Positions 1 through 11,052 of a stretch of 64,000 nt of DNA are shown piece after piece. The position numbers and the translations under genes were made by a program. Within the stretch, counting starts at the first letter, position 1. Each line of letters starts with the position of its first letter. Source of the stretch: Eledone cirrhosa (Eukaryota); assembly GCA_964016885.1 (NCBI GenBank), contig OZ024743.1, positions 285,324,001 to 285,388,000 of the forward strand. Reading direction: 5' to 3'. A model generated the notes under the pieces. The model had not been told where the DNA came from. It searched no databases and worked only from the letters and a program-made list of their open reading frames with translations.

Positions 1-2070
1 GAAGTGTGTACTTAATGATGATGGCATACTTGCCATCACTGACGCTGATAAGAAGGTAGCTTGGAAGTGTCACTACGAAAGGCTTCTAAATGAGGAGAAC
101 AAAAGGGAGAAAGACAGTCTCCCCCACATCGACCCAATAGAGGGACCAGCAGTGTTAGTCGAAGGTAGTATAATAAGGCAATCAAAGATATGAAGACAGG
201 TAAGGCAGCTGGGCCTTCGGAAATAGTTGCTGAGATGCTGAAAGCCTCTGGAACGGTGGGACACACCATGGTCACCCGGATAGTAAACCAAGTCATACAG
301 AATGGGGTGGTTCCGAAGGACTGGCATAGCAGCATCATCATTAACTGTTACAAGGGTAAAGGAGATGCCCTAGATAGGTGTAACTATAGAGGCATTAAAT
401 TAATCGACCAGGTCATGAAGGTCACGGAAAAAGTAATAGTACAACTAATCAGAGAGAGAATTGATCTAGATGAAATGCAGTTTGGGTTTGTGTCAGGCAA
501 AAGTACCACAGACGCTCTTTTCATTGTACGACAACTACAGGAGAAGTACCTAGCTAAAAGTAAACCCCTATACTTAGCTTTTGTTGACTTGGAGAAAGCC
601 TTCGACAGAGTCCCCCGTTCCATTATCTGGTGGGCTCTTAGAAAACTAGGTGTTGACGAATGGCTTGTGAGAGCTATACAAGCCATGTATAAAGAAACAG
701 TCAGCAAGGTTAGAATTAACAACGAATAAAGTTCTAGTTTGTCGGAAAGAAAATAAGGCGGCAGTCCCATCTGGGAAATGGCCATGCTCAGTGTTTAGGA
801 AAGGCGTAGGTAGAAACTCCATTTTATGTCCCAAATGCAAAGTATGGGCGCATAAAAGATGTAGTGGGATCACAGGTAAGCTAACTAAGAACATAGATTT
901 TACATGTGGCCGGTGCTCTGGTGCAATAAGTAGCAGCAAGTGCCCACAAAATACTAGCTCTTTCAATTGCGCAGAGGGTTCTATAGAAATAGTGGACAGC
1001 TTCCGTTACCTGGGTGACAAAATCAGCAGTGAAGGAGGGTGCTCTGAAAGTACAGTAGCTAGAGTCAGAACTGGATGGAAAAAGTTCAGAGAGCTTATAC
1101 CACTATTAGCCGCTAGAGGGTTCTCCCTAAAAATGAAAGGCAGGTTATACGGTGCCTGCATACGAACAGCAATGCTGCATGGCAGTGAGACCTGGGCATT
1201 GTGTGCAGAGGATATACGCAGACTAGAGAGGAACGAAGCTTGCATGCTCCGCTGGATGTGCAATAGTAATATACGTGAACGGCTAAGCATAAACGAACTA
1301 AGGAAAAAATTAGAAATAAGAGGGATCAGATGTTGTTTACTCGAGAGAAGGCTACGTTGGTACGGTCACGTGATGCGCATGAAAGACGACAGCTGTATAA
1401 CAAAGTGCAGGGCAATAAAGATAGACGGTAGCCACGGAGTAGGCAGACCCAGAAAAACCTGGGGGACGACATGATAAATTCCGACCTCACACGCTTACAC
1501 CTCTCCAAGACAATGTCACTGGACCGAGACCTTTGGCGGTACTCAGTAATAGAGAAGACCCGCCTTACCTAAATACAAAGTAAAAACCTACTACAGTCAG
1601 TAGGCATCTCTATCAAAACACACCCCCGTCCCACCACCCCCACCCCATCCACACCGCCCCTTTCAATGTAAAGTTATGTTGGTGCCACAACATCCAGGCC
1701 GAAACAAATGAGATCGTGTAGGTGTCACAACAAAAAAACACACAGCCCACGCTGTAAATGTGGCCGTGTAGGCAACCCGGTAAAAACCTCCCAGCCCCAC
1801 ACTGTAAATGTGGTTGGTGTTAGGAAGGGCATCCAGCTGTAGAAAACCCGCCAGACAGTCCATGCTGTAATGTGGCCGTGTAGGCAACACGGTAAAAATC
1901 TCCCAGCCCCACACTGTAAATGTGGTTGGTGTTAGGAAGGGCATCCAGCTGTAGAAAACCCGCCAGACAGTCCTATGCGAGCAAGACAACCACTCTTGCC
2001 TCAAGTGGGAAAACCCCCGTCCAAACCCATGCAAGCGTGGAACACGGACGCTAAACCTTGATGATGATGA

Positions 2071-2074
<4 letters not shown>
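1..2074 (+). mobile_element. RTE-clade LINE, partial (runs off the window 5' end), internally deleted and frameshifted, with 3' UTR and (GAT)n tail
   Basis: ORFs 190-729 and 791-1474 are RT and C-terminal segments homologous to the 2948-6115 ORF (YKGKGD..NYRGI, QFGF, FVDLEKAFD, MLHGSETW, RLRWYGHV). About 80 codons including QGS and YADD are missing at ~726. Ends in a stem-loop plus (GAT)n. Confidence 0.93.
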
Positions 2075-2107
<33 letters not shown>

Positions 2108-2634
2108 TGGTAATGAAGGAGTTAATTTCACACAATTATCTCGCATGAAAACATAGACAGTGATGTATTCTAAAAGGAATGCAGTTGAGATAATGAATGA
2201 TTCGACATGTTTAGCACATCTTAGAGTGAGACGAAGTGTCATTGACAGTGAAGTTTGGGTGGAGTGGAGTGGGGTAATCACATAATTGAGTAAAAATAAG
2301 GAAATGATTTGATGCGAGTCTCTTTACTTGAGAATATTGGAAAATAAAAGGTTTTTTTTTGTTGGTGTCTAGACTGCGGGGAAAAGTTTTTATGTAACAG
2401 TAAGTTTTGCTAGAGCACAATATAACACATTGCCCTCAAATCTGAAAGTCTACCCTGAGTGTCTTTTTGCTATCCATATTGTTGCTTTCCCCAAAAATAA
2501 GAATTATGTTGTAGATGTCATTATTTTGAAATTTGTTATTTTCAGAGAGAGATTTCCAAAACTAAATGTTATAGTTTTTCATTTTATTGCTCTCTACTCT
2601 GAGGTTGATTTCACTTTTAATTTTTTTAGGATGT

Positions 2635-5600
2635 ATCATCATCATCATCATCATCACCGTTTTACGTCCGTTCTTCCACGTTAGCATGGGTTAGACGGGT
2701 TGTCCTGTTGTGGGCAGTGTCTGGTCGGCTGACCATGCCTTGCTCATACAGGAACTGATCTGGCTTGATTTCTACAGCTGGATGCCCTTCCTAACACCAA
2801 CCTCATTTACAGTGAGTGCTGGGTGCTTTTTCGTGGCGCCTACACGTCCACTTTACAGTGTGGGCTGGGTGCTTTTTTGCCGTGGCACCTCCACGACCAC
2901 CTTGCGGTGGGGGGGGGGGGGGGGGGGGGGCATATTGTTTATATGCTTCAGCATGTACCCATGGGAGGTCGGGTACTCTGTATTACTGCGTGACGCCAGA
3001 AGTCACGGTCGTGTGTCATTGACTTTGAGAGGTGTAGTTGGATAAGGTCGGCTTTTATCACCTCATCCCAAGTCATCTTGGGTCTCCCCACTCCGCGGTT
3101 TCCATCAACTTCTAGTGCTCTGCACCTTTTTATGCAGCTGTCATCCTTCATACGCATCACATGTCCATACCAGCGTAACCGCCTCTCCTGCACGCAGCAT
3201 TTGATTCCTCTTATGCTCAGTCTCTCTCTCAATTCCTTTATGCTTTGTCGTTCACGTATATTACTGTTACACATCCATCGGAGCATGCAGGCTTCGTTTC
3301 TCTCTAATCTACGTAAGTCTTCCACCTTCAGCGCCCAGGTCTCACTACCATGCAACATCGCTGTTCGGATACACGCATCATACAGTCTGCCTTTCATTCT
3401 GAGGGAGAAGCCTTTTGCAGCTAGCAGTGGTAGTAGTTCCCTAAACTTCTTCCATCCCGTTCTTACCCTAGTTATTGTACTTTCTGAGCACCCACCTCCG
3501 TTGCTAATTCGGTCACCTAGGTAGCAGAAGCTGTCTACTGTTTCTACAGGGCCCTCCCAGAGATTGGTGGTACTTGTTTCCTGTGGCTGTTTGCTTGCTG
3601 TTTCAGCACAGCTGCTGCATGTGAATCCTACATTCTTAATTAAGCTTCCTGAGATCCCGCTACATCTCTTGTGTACCCATTGTTTGCATTTGGGGCAGAG
3701 AATGGAGTTCCTACCTACACCTTTCCTACATACTGAGCAAGGCCATTTCCCTGAGGGGATCTGGGTTCTGTTTTCTCGTCTACTTATAAGGACCTTAGTC
3801 TTTGTCATGTTGACTTTGAGGCCCTTTCTCTCTAGTCCCTGCTTCCAGGTTTGGAATTTATTCTCTAGTTCTACCATAGATTCAGCTATGAGTGCGAGGT
3901 CATCAGCATACAGGAGTTCCCATGGGCATCCGGTCTTAAACTCCTCCGTTATTGCCTGCAGGACTATGATGAACAGGAGAGGGCTAAGAACAGAGCCCTG
4001 GTGGACCCCAACCTGTACGCTAAATTCCTCGCTATACTCATTGCCAATCCTAACTTTGCTGACTGCTCCCCTATACATGGCTTGTACCGCTTTCACAAGC
4101 CATTCATCTACTCCTAGTTTTCTAAGAGCCCACCAGATTACTGCACGTGGAACTCTGTCAAAGGCTTTCTCAAGGTCGACAAATGCCAAGTAGAGTGGCT
4201 TACTTTTAGCTAGGTACTTTTCCTGTAATTGCCTCACAAGGAAGAGGGCATCAGTGGTGCCTTTCCCTGGTACAAACCCAAATTGCATCTCGTCTATATT
4301 CACCCGGTCCCTAATCAGCTGTGCTATAACTCTTTCTGTTACTTTCATGACCTGGTCCATCAACTTTATACCTCTATAGTTTCCTCTATCTAGTGCATCG
4401 CCTTTACCTTTGTAGCAGTTGACAATGATGCTACTGCACCAATCTTTTGGTATGGCCCCCTCTAGTATTACCTGGTTAACGATACGTGTGGTTATAGTGT
4501 GACCTACAGACCCAGATGCCTTCAGCATCTCGGCAGCTATACCCAGTGGACCGGTTGCCTTCCCTATCTTCATATCTCTGATTGCCTTACTTACTACGCT
4601 GCCGCTGACTTGTACTGCTGGTCCCTCTATAGGGTCTACGTGGGGTAGGGTCTCTTCTTCCCATGCATTCTCCTCATTTAGTAATCTATCATAATGACTC
4701 TTCCATGCATCTTTCTTCTCAGCACTTGTGAGGGCAAGCTCACCTTTATCATTCCGGATACACTTCTCTCCAATGACATCACAACTATCTCTGACACACT
4801 GCCTCGCAATCTTGAATACCTCCTGTTTCTGGTCCTCACGTTGTAAAACATGCTTGAATTTTCTATCCTCTGCTTCCCTCCTAGCTAAGTATACTTGTCG
4901 CCTAGCTTCCCTCTTGGTCTCTATGTAATGTACCCTGCTCCCCCCGTTCTTCCATTCTTTCCATGCCTGTCTCTTGGCCTTGACTGCTTCATCTACCTTA
5001 TTGTTCCACCACCAAGTCACTCTCCTCCTGCTTGAGGTCTTACTCCAGCCACAAACCTCATCCGTCGCCTCTAGTAAGTTATTTTTTAGGAACTCCCAGT
5101 TCTCTTCTACGTTAAATGTCTCTATCTGTTCTTCTTTACTGTCGTAGGCGTTGAGTAAAATATCTTTAAATCTGTTACTGGTTGAGGGGACTTTCAGCTT
5201 CCAGATCTTTCTTCTCCAGGTTGGCCTCTGTTTCAGGGCTCGTCTAGTTCTGACCGTGAGGTCGCTGACAACTAAGCTATGTTGGGATGTACATTCCTCA
5301 CTAGGGAAGGCTTTTGTGTTTACGACCGTCCATCTGTCACGTCCTCTGATGAGGATAAAATCTAACTGACTAGAGTGCTCCCCTGATCTATAGGTGATCA
5401 GGTGGTTGTCGGGTTTTTTAAAGTTTGTGTTACATATCGACATGTCATTGGCGTCGCAGAATTCTAGAAGTCTGAATCCTTCCTCATTCCTTGTGCCAAC
5501 TCCATGGCCTCCATGTACTCTATTGAAGCCGTTGCAGTGTTTACCTACGTGTCCGTTAAAATCTCCTGCAATGATTAGGAAGTCCTTGTCGTCTGTTAGA

Positions 5601-5995
5601 GCAGTAGTGTGTATTAGGGACTCGTAAAACCTATCCTTAAGTTCGTCTGGCAGCCCCGATTGGGGTGCGTAAGCTGATATTATTGTGGTAATTGTCTTAT
5701 TCAGGACTAGTCTGAGTTTAATGATTCTTGCATTTACCCTGTACACTGAGATTACTTTATCTACCCACTTGTCAGCTAATAGTATACCTACACCACCCAT
5801 CCCATCGTCATTTCCCACCCAGAAAAATTTGTAGCACTGGCTTTTTCCTACAAGGACTCTAGCAGACCCTCCTCTCCATCTAGTCTCTTGCACACAGCAT
5901 ACATCAACTTCCTTTCGCTCTAGCATTTCTACGATTTCTCCTGCTCTTCCTTTCATTGAGCCTACATTGATGGTACCAACTCGGAGTTTTAGTAT
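2635..5995 (-). mobile_element. RTE-clade LINE with intact ORF, 3' UTR and (GAT)n tail; 5' end truncated near the start of the endonuclease domain
   Basis: Contains the long EN+RT ORF, with an (ATC)n tail on the + strand at 2635-2656. The 3' UTR at 2657-2947 is shared with local SINEs. Confidence 0.95.
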
Positions 5996-6115
5996 AAAGT
6001 AACTATTATGTACATGTAAATAAAAAAAACATTTTTCACTCACCACCAAATGTTTCACCTTCTGGCATATTATCATCATCGTTTTTACGTCTGCTTTTCC
6101 ATGCTTGCATGGCAT
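2948..6115 (-). CDS. LINE polyprotein: APE endonuclease + reverse transcriptase with PHD-finger insertion (homology starts ~5990; the first ~40 aa of the ORF are probably flanking sequence)
   Basis: APE motifs GTINV, VQETRW, SAYAPQ, GDFNGHVG, LDFIL, SQHSLV. RT motifs KATGPLG, NYRGIKL, QFGF, DLEKAFD, GVHQGSVLSPLLF, YADD, FCYLG. No stops over ~1010 codons. Confidence 0.93.
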   Translation of the reverse strand: MPCKHGKADVKTMMIICQKVKHLVVSEKCFFYLHVHNSYFILKLRVGTINVGSMKGRAGEIVEMLERKEVDVCCVQETRWRGGSARVLVGKSQCYKFFWVGNDDGMGGVGILLADKWVDKVISVYRVNARIIKLRLVLNKTITTIISAYAPQSGLPDELKDRFYESLIHTTALTDDKDFLIIAGDFNGHVGKHCNGFNRVHGGHGVGTRNEEGFRLLEFCDANDMSICNTNFKKPDNHLITYRSGEHSSQLDFILIRGRDRWTVVNTKAFPSEECTSQHSLVVSDLTVRTRRALKQRPTWRRKIWKLKVPSTSNRFKDILLNAYDSKEEQIETFNVEENWEFLKNNLLEATDEVCGWSKTSSRRRVTWWWNNKVDEAVKAKRQAWKEWKNGGSRVHYIETKREARRQVYLARREAEDRKFKHVLQREDQKQEVFKIARQCVRDSCDVIGEKCIRNDKGELALTSAEKKDAWKSHYDRLLNEENAWEEETLPHVDPIEGPAVQVSGSVVSKAIRDMKIGKATGPLGIAAEMLKASGSVGHTITTRIVNQVILEGAIPKDWCSSIIVNCYKGKGDALDRGNYRGIKLMDQVMKVTERVIAQLIRDRVNIDEMQFGFVPGKGTTDALFLVRQLQEKYLAKSKPLYLAFVDLEKAFDRVPRAVIWWALRKLGVDEWLVKAVQAMYRGAVSKVRIGNEYSEEFSVQVGVHQGSVLSPLLFIIVLQAITEEFKTGCPWELLYADDLALIAESMVELENKFQTWKQGLERKGLKVNMTKTKVLISRRENRTQIPSGKWPCSVCRKGVGRNSILCPKCKQWVHKRCSGISGSLIKNVGFTCSSCAETASKQPQETSTTNLWEGPVETVDSFCYLGDRISNGGGCSESTITRVRTGWKKFRELLPLLAAKGFSLRMKGRLYDACIRTAMLHGSETWALKVEDLRRLERNEACMLRWMCNSNIRERQSIKELRERLSIRGIKCCVQERRLRWYGHVMRMKDDSCIKRCRALEVDGNRGVGRPKMTWDEVIKADLIQLHLSKSMTHDRDFWRHAVIQSTRPPMGTC

Positions 6116-6658
6116 CTCTTCATGTCGCGATCTTATGTCAAGCGTAAATCAATTTGGCCAATGTTATACCTGTCATTTGGAAGTGCAAAGATCAAATGTA
6201 ACATTCCAACTACAGATTGTAACTGTGTCACAAACTCAGTTTGTCAATAGTTTAACATAACTCACTGGCATATATCTTGCTGTATACTGGGTTCGTTCCA
6301 ATAACCTCTATCATACAAAAATTAGCCCTGTCCCCCAAAACAAATCTACATTTCTTTGTCATCATGCATCATTTTTCTCTGCTTGCAAGAGCTGGACAGG
6401 TCATCATAGACCAGATCAATATTTAAAGCTACTGAGCTCTCAGATAGGCTGGAGGGCCTGCATCTCACATATGTTCCCTCACTATACAGTGTGCACTAAG
6501 TGCATTTTATTGTGGCACCAGCACTAGGGTGCTTGTCATGCACTTAACACTACTGAAGAGTCTTCTCAATCCTTATTGGCAAGTTTTCTATGACTGGATA
6601 AATATAATTTAATAAGTGTTTATTTGTTTGTTAATTATTATTTTCCTTTTCTTTACAG

Positions 6659-6846
6659 ACATCAAGACCCAGCCGAGACCTGCCAATTGATACATATCAG
6701 CGTCCACGGTCAAATACAGTCACACATAGTCCAACACTGGTGGAAAAATGTTTGCCAACAGTTTTTAGATGGGAGGGAGCAGCAAAAGAGGTCTTCTTGT
6801 CAGGAAGCTTCAACAACTGGAAAAATACAATACCTTTAGCTAAAAG
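6659..6846 (+). CDS. PRKAB: AMP-activated protein kinase beta subunit, internal exon (start of glycogen-binding CBM)
   Basis: ttacag|...|gtaact. Translates TSRPSRDLPIDTYQRPRSNTVTHSPTLVEKCLPTVFRWEGAAKEVFLSGSFNNWKNTIPLAK(S); PTVFRW...VFLSGSFNNW is diagnostic of AMPK beta. Confidence 0.93.
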
Positions 6847-8199
6847 GTAACTAATTTTTAAAATATATATTTCAATATGCACACATACCTTCTCACCCCC
6901 GGAACTTGGAATATTTCTTTTGTTGAATCTTTTCTCTTTGTTTTTTTTTTGTTGTAGACCTTATGTAAATTAAAGATTATTGGGGAATGAAGTTCTTAAA
7001 AATTACCTTTATTTTTGGTTGATATTTTGATCCCTGACCACATTATTTATTAGTTCAAAGAGAATTAGCAGTTACTTCTCTTAATCAGTTATAGGTCTTC
7101 TTAAATTAAACAATGAATAGGCTAGGTCATTAGTGTATGGAGCAACCAACCAAGAGATTACTGGTTCATATCCTGTTATTGTGCTATGCCTATAACAAAG
7201 ATGTTGCAGAACTATAAAAAATAGTTTTGTTAGTTTGTATCACCAATTCCTTATAGAGTACTGGTGTAGACAACTAGTGTATTCATTCAAAGCTTGAATA
7301 CACTGCATATAGACTTCCTTCAATTGAGTATCTAACTGCCACATAGTAGGGTTACTCAACTAACTTAGGATATTCACTGAAATGATATGAAGTAGCTGTT
7401 GAGGGTATCAGCAATGATTGAGTTGAGAATAAGATGTATATGTTGTTAATCACAGATCTTCCTCAAGCATGCAGCCTCAAAATTAGTTTCTGCTTATTAG
7501 AATTCTTTTTTCTTTTACCTTTAATGGTTATTGCAAAATTTCAATGATTTTGTTTAATACAATAGTTTCAAAGGTTCTTCAGTTGCTCTTTGTTTTAATT
7601 AAGTTAGTTTTCTATTTTTGTTTTTTTGTATTAGGTATTATTGTTCCATATATTTTGTTTCAACAGCACTGTACGACTAACAGACAGAAGCAGACAGAAA
7701 CAAGAGTCTGATGGGTAAATTTTACATTTTTTTTAAAATCTCTCTCCTTAACTCCTATGACTGGTAAGATTTTATAGTTTAAAGCATTATTGTTAAAATA
7801 TAAACTAAAACAAAAATGAACTTTATCATAATGCTGAACAAAGAGGAAAATAGATTTATTCAACATTTTGGTTTTATTAAATCCTAAATTAAAAAAAAAG
7901 TCAATAAATCTGTTTTTCTGTTTCTTCAACATTGTAGTAACTTTCACCACTTTACTTTGCATATATATATATTTATATATATGGTGTAGAATTTTTTCAA
8001 TCCTACTATAGTGCTAGCTTAGTAATTGCAATCAAAATGTTGACTTCTGTTAATTTGCAAAATTAGATATAAATAGATATACTCAGATAGCTTTGTGTGT
8101 GTAATTATCGACTTGTGCTAGATGATATGGAGAAAGAAGATATAGAAGTTGAATGAATCTTTAACTGGTTGTATACTCAGAAGTTTTAATTGACACTTA

Positions 8200-10310
8200 T
8201 GACTGAAAGGAGGATGAAATACAAACATACAACATAGAGGACAAATTGGGAGTTTCTATGGTTCAGCCTGAAGACAGATCTGTGGCTAAGGCAAAGTTCC
8301 AGAAAGACAGAAAGTTGCATGATGGTGAAATAATGCTTTAGACAGAGCTTTAAAGCTAAGAGACAGACTTGACAAAACTGGAAGGAGGGGAGCAGCAGAG
8401 AATGGTATCAAGTAGTCAGAAGACAAGCTGGACGTCTAGTATACCTAGCAAAGGGTGAGGTTAAAAAGAGATTTGCACGTTTTGCGAGGTAAGGATCAAA
8501 AGCATGAAGTCATTTTGCAAAGCAGTGTACTAGAGACAGAAACATCATAGAAGCGAAGAGTATGTAGTGGGATAACAGTGCACTTGCTCTTAGTTACACC
8601 AAGAAGAAAGAGGCATGGAAGTACTGTTATGAGAAGCTGTCAGATGTGAAGAATGCATGAGAAAGAGCGGGTCTATTGGAAGAAACCAAAAGGAGGGAAT
8701 TACCATTAAAATCATTAGTAGTATTGTCTTAGAGCAATTAAGGACAGTTGGTCCATCAGGAATTTTTGCATCTGGTGGAGTAGGGCACAGGCACTTGCAT
8801 TATCAATCAACTAATACAGGAAGGTGTCATACTCAATGACTGGTGTATCATGATCAAATGCTACAGAGGCATCAAATTGTTGGACCAAGTTATGGAACTT
8901 ACAGAAATTGATCAGGGGTAAGATTAGATGAGATACAATTTAAATTTCTATCAGGTGAGGCATTACAAATGCCATCTTTCTAGTGAGACAACTATACTTA
9001 GCCAGAAATAAACCCTTATGCTTAGCATTTGTCAATCTGGAGAAGGCTTTTGGCAGAGTTTCACACTGTAATCTGGTGAGTACTAAGGAAGCTAGGGGCA
9101 GATGAATGGCTGGTAAGAGATGTACAAGCCATGCACAGTCAATAAGGTGAAGGTCAGGAACAAGTACAATGATGAATTTAGCATGCGGGTAGGGGTTCAG
9201 CATAACTCAGTTCCCTGCTGCTTATTATTGTCCTCCAGGCCAAAACAGGAATTTTTATAATAAACTGTTTATGGAAATTCCTGTATGCAGATGACCTAGT
9301 TCCCATGGCTGGATCCCTAAAAGAGTTAGAAAAAGTGACCAGACATGCAAGTAAAATCTGGACTCGAAGGACTCCAGAATATATTTAGGAAAGATTAAAG
9401 TTCTAGAAAGAAGACAGAAAGTGGACATACTCAATATGCAGAATCCCATATGGTGTACCCAGTGTAACTTACGGACACACTGGTAGGCTGACAGAAACAG
9501 TCAACTTTGTGTGTGCTAGATGCTTAAGAGGTAAGCAGTAAGAACACAAAGCAAATCCAAATGCTCAGAAGTAGTGGATAGCTTATATTATCTAGGTAAT
9601 CTCATCAACAATTGTGGTGAGTGTACCAAAAGCATAATGGCCAGAATAAGAACAGGGTAAAAAGTTTCAGGGAACTATTATCTCTATGAGGTATGATCAA
9701 TAAGTAATGAAAACATTTCAGGAGAGACATTTATTTTCATAAGCTTACAAAACTTTATTTCCTTCAAAATAATGACTTCTTGCATCTAGACACTTGTGCA
9801 GGTGTCTTCCCCTTCTGCAGTCCCACCAGGAAATTCTCTGATGTCTCCTTCAACTCCTGTGTTGACTTGAATCTGATTCTCCTGAAGCTCGCTTTCATGT
9901 GTGGGAACAGGAATAAGTCACATAGAGCCAGGTTGGGTGTTGTACTACTTTCATTCCCCTGTTGGTCATCCAGGTGGTCACCAGCGTTGAGATGAGATGA
10001 ATATGCTCTGTTGGATGTGTAACATTAGTGTGCATAAATGATAGAGTACAGATGAATTGAGAGAAAAACTGTGTATGAGAGAAATCAGTTGTAGCATACA
10101 CAAGAGAAGGCTATAGTTGTCTGGATATGTGATGCCCATGGAGGATGCTAGTTATGTAAAAAAAAGTCTATGAGCCCTTGAAGTTGATGTAAGCTGTGGA
10201 AGAGGAAATCATGGGACGAAGTGGTGAAGATGGATTTCAAGAAACTAAACTTCTTGATGGAGATAACTAAGGGCCATGCTGAGTGGTAGTATATCATGGA
10301 GAAAATCATT
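8200..10310 (+). mobile_element. Old, heavily decayed RTE LINE copy in the AMPK beta intron, interrupted by a mariner fragment
   Basis: Degenerate NYRGIKLLDQVM (~8860), LAFVNLEKAF (~9020), LYADDL (~9280) and YYLG (~9585) with many stops and frameshifts. Boundaries approximate. Confidence 0.8.
9686..9985 (-). mobile_element. Mariner transposon 3' fragment nested in the decayed LINE
   Basis: The minus strand gives NLALCDLFLFPHMK (degenerate SPDLAPxDxxLFP) and ...CLDARSHYFEGNK. A TIR-like tatgaggtatgatcaataagta lies at the left end. Confidence 0.65.
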
Positions 10311-11052
10311 CATCATTACAACAAAACATCTTACATGCCCCCCCCCCCCCCCCCCTCTCCCATTACCCTATATGTTACACCCCACTCTTCTATATATCAT
10401 TTATTGATTCTTGGTGCAATACCTCCATGTAGTTAGTTATAGCACCTGTCCTGAATACACTTGATCCTTCCAAACCCATTCTTATTATCAATGTACCCCT
10501 CTCTCTATCACCCATCTATCCATTTATCTATCTCCATCATAGATGTCTGCCATAGCACTTACTATTACTCTCTTCCCCTCATATAGTTCAGTTACCACAT
10601 CTTCCCCACTACAATATAACCATACATCTGTATGCACCTTATCCCCCTTTCTATTCCTACTATTGATCTTATCTCTTTGGAACAAGGTCACTCATGCTTG
10701 ACTCAGTGAGCATGGGCCTATGAAAAATGAACTCAAATGGTGACAGTCAACAATAAAAGCATTCTACATGCTTTGTAAAATGGTTGGCTATAAGAAAGGA
10801 AGCCAGCCATAGAAATTATGCCCAAAGGCTAAAGAAGACATTTAAATTGTGTCAAGGACATGACTTTGTAGTGCTGATGTGATGTTAAAAAGCACCCCCA
10901 TAAAGTGATGATTATATATCATATATATATATATATATAAAATGATTAAACACAACAATCATGTCACCATTAATTTTGGCATAGTTTTCTCACTTCCGCT
11001 TCACATGTATGGCAACACATTAATGTCCTACAAAAAATATTATACATTAGAT

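Noticed and set aside
3078-5627. Several + strand ORFs of 66-209 aa
   Set aside because: Antisense shadows of the LINE ORF with no independent motifs.
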